NCBI GenBank assembly: GCA_002633005.1
Contig: NMRA01000097.1
Coordinates: 508,686-572,685 of the forward strand
Reading direction: 5' to 3'
Length of the DNA: 64,000 bases
Origin: Phoronis australis
Lineage: Eukaryota; Animalia; Phoronida
The position numbers and the translations under genes are program-made. Position 1 is the stretch's first letter. Each line of letters begins with the position of its first letter. This document shows positions 62,127 through 64,000 of this stretch, one piece after another. The notes below the pieces were generated by a model. That model was not told the DNA's origin, searched no databases, and saw only the letters and a list, made by a program, of their open reading frames with translations.

Positions 62127-64000
62127 TTAAGGATATTTTTGAGAGTGACAATGGGGCTATTCGGAAAATCCACATTAACTAGAGGGCGCGCGTGTACTAG
62201 TGGTGATAGATTAACAGCCTCGATTTCGCGAGCCCTTTAAATACATGGTGAAATGGCTTGCAGCCGTGCCAACTGAATCAGAGATTGCGTGAAAAGGGTG
62301 CTTCTATGAGAGGAAGTAAGCACGGCCTTATGCAAAGGTAAGGTTTGCGATTATTTTAACGATTATTCCATGGTTATTCTACCGATGCCTGTTAACTGAG
62401 CTACTCGCCGATGTCGACTTCGCGGCAGTCGCGAGTCGGGTTAATCTTTGTTTGTTGTGATATGTGATACGATACATGACGTAGCAATCGGAATCTTCTC
62501 GTACATCAAAGCATTATTATTGTTTGGAATGATTTCTAACAATTTATCAGTGACAGTTACATCAATCAATGCTTAATGTTTATGCTGTCAACTCGATACA
62601 GGTTAATGAGTTAAGATTACAATCCAAGCCCACTGGCAAAGCGGGGTACATGACTAATATCCATTGCATTAGACTATTTGTTTACTCCCTATCATATGTA
62701 TTCTGGAAATCTATTACACGTTGAAATGGAAATCTATCACGTATGTTTTCACGTAACCTTTGGTTTTTAGGTTTGAGAGCTTGTACCGTGCAGAGGAGAT
62801 ATGCATCGCTTCTACACCGTCCCTGGATCGACAAAAATTGGTTTTTAGCATTTGACTGCAGCTAACCAACAAGATCTTCCCATCCAGTGCAGATCTTTTT
62901 TCAGAGCCTAATTTCAATATTGGAGGAAACGAACAAAACCTTTGCAAAGGAACAGCTATTTTTAAAGAAAGGTATGTAAGTCATTTTGTTAATTTACTTA
63001 GTCAGGTCCTTAGCGGGGGATTGGCATGGGAGGTTGAGGTTGTAATATTAGGTACAACTGAATGTGTGGAAATAACAGGTAATACATGTTTGGGGAAAAG
63101 AGCATGGTGAGGTAATTCTTAACCTTCATGAAGTCCCTTCAAGTTGATTTCTTGAAACTGTTTTGCTACTTGTATTTAATTGTAAACCCGTGAAAATATT
63201 TTACATTTTCTGAATTCACAGTGACTGAATAGTCTTAACTCATGCCTTGAAATGTTGCAAGTCGTTATAAACTCAAATGACAGCCATTTTGTGAAAATTG
63301 CATTTTTGATGGTGCCTTACGATTTGTAATTACTCTTAAACAACAAAAAGATTAATCATCAGTTTTAAATGACCCAAATCTTCATATCTTCTATTAGAAG
63401 AAAAATTAAAAGTCTGAGAAATGGTTCCCTAAACCTTAGACTAGAAGTATTCTTGACAGACCCATGAACCTGTAATCGGAGTTTAAAATAGCTGAAAGTA
63501 TCAAAATTAAAAAGGCTTGAAAATGGGTAACAAAGTATTGAAATTGTCTCAAAAAACTTGTATATTTTGCACAAAAGTGATGCGTTTAAAGAATTGTTAT
63601 GGCTAGGAATAAAAAATAAAGACACAGTTTTATGCAATACTTATTATATACAACCTCAGTTTTTGAACATAGGTAGTAATTATTTAATTTTATGTGAAAC
63701 TGTAGAGCAGTCACCATATATTTTTGAAAAACAGAGATAACATTTTTGACCCAATCTGGAGTACTTAATTATTCATAATTCAGTATTTTTTCCAGGTTCT
63801 GTGACATTTTAAAGCCACTTCAAGCTGTATCATAGACAAGCTTTGTTACTCCGTTCTCTTCCCACAGCACTTCCACACACCAGCAGTGCTGCATGGTACA
63901 ATGTACAAGACAGTGGCCCTGGAGAAATGTGAATCGCAGTACTAAGTTACCATAAGACAATGTGCCAGTGGACTGTCTGTGTATTCAGACGAACTATATC

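Overview
This is AT-rich, repeat-dense eukaryotic genomic DNA, probably from a marine invertebrate (inferred from repeat and domain content), and not prokaryotic. The main feature is a minus-strand spliced gene running from ATG ~46660 past position 1404 and probably out of the window. I reconstructed it by hand from 11 GT-AG exons with compatible phases, several of which are absent from the ORF track. It encodes a secreted protein: signal peptide, PAN/Apple domain, short Cys-rich module, CTHRC1-C-terminal-like domain, fibronectin type II domain, then two more CTHRC1-C-like domains, with no collagen helix seen. Its introns and flanks are full of mobile elements. These include a decayed pogo/CENP-B transposon carrying an OTU protease domain and PHD finger, three Kolobok-like THAP elements whose long TIRs include the start of the THAP ORF, and Harbinger-type MITEs. 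There is also a decayed CXC-ending transposase, Penelope, LINE and Gypsy relics, and a repeat containing a tRNA-like segment plus a large hairpin. A 338-aa single-ORF orphan gene candidate lies at 57246-58262. All domain calls come from motif recognition, not database searches.
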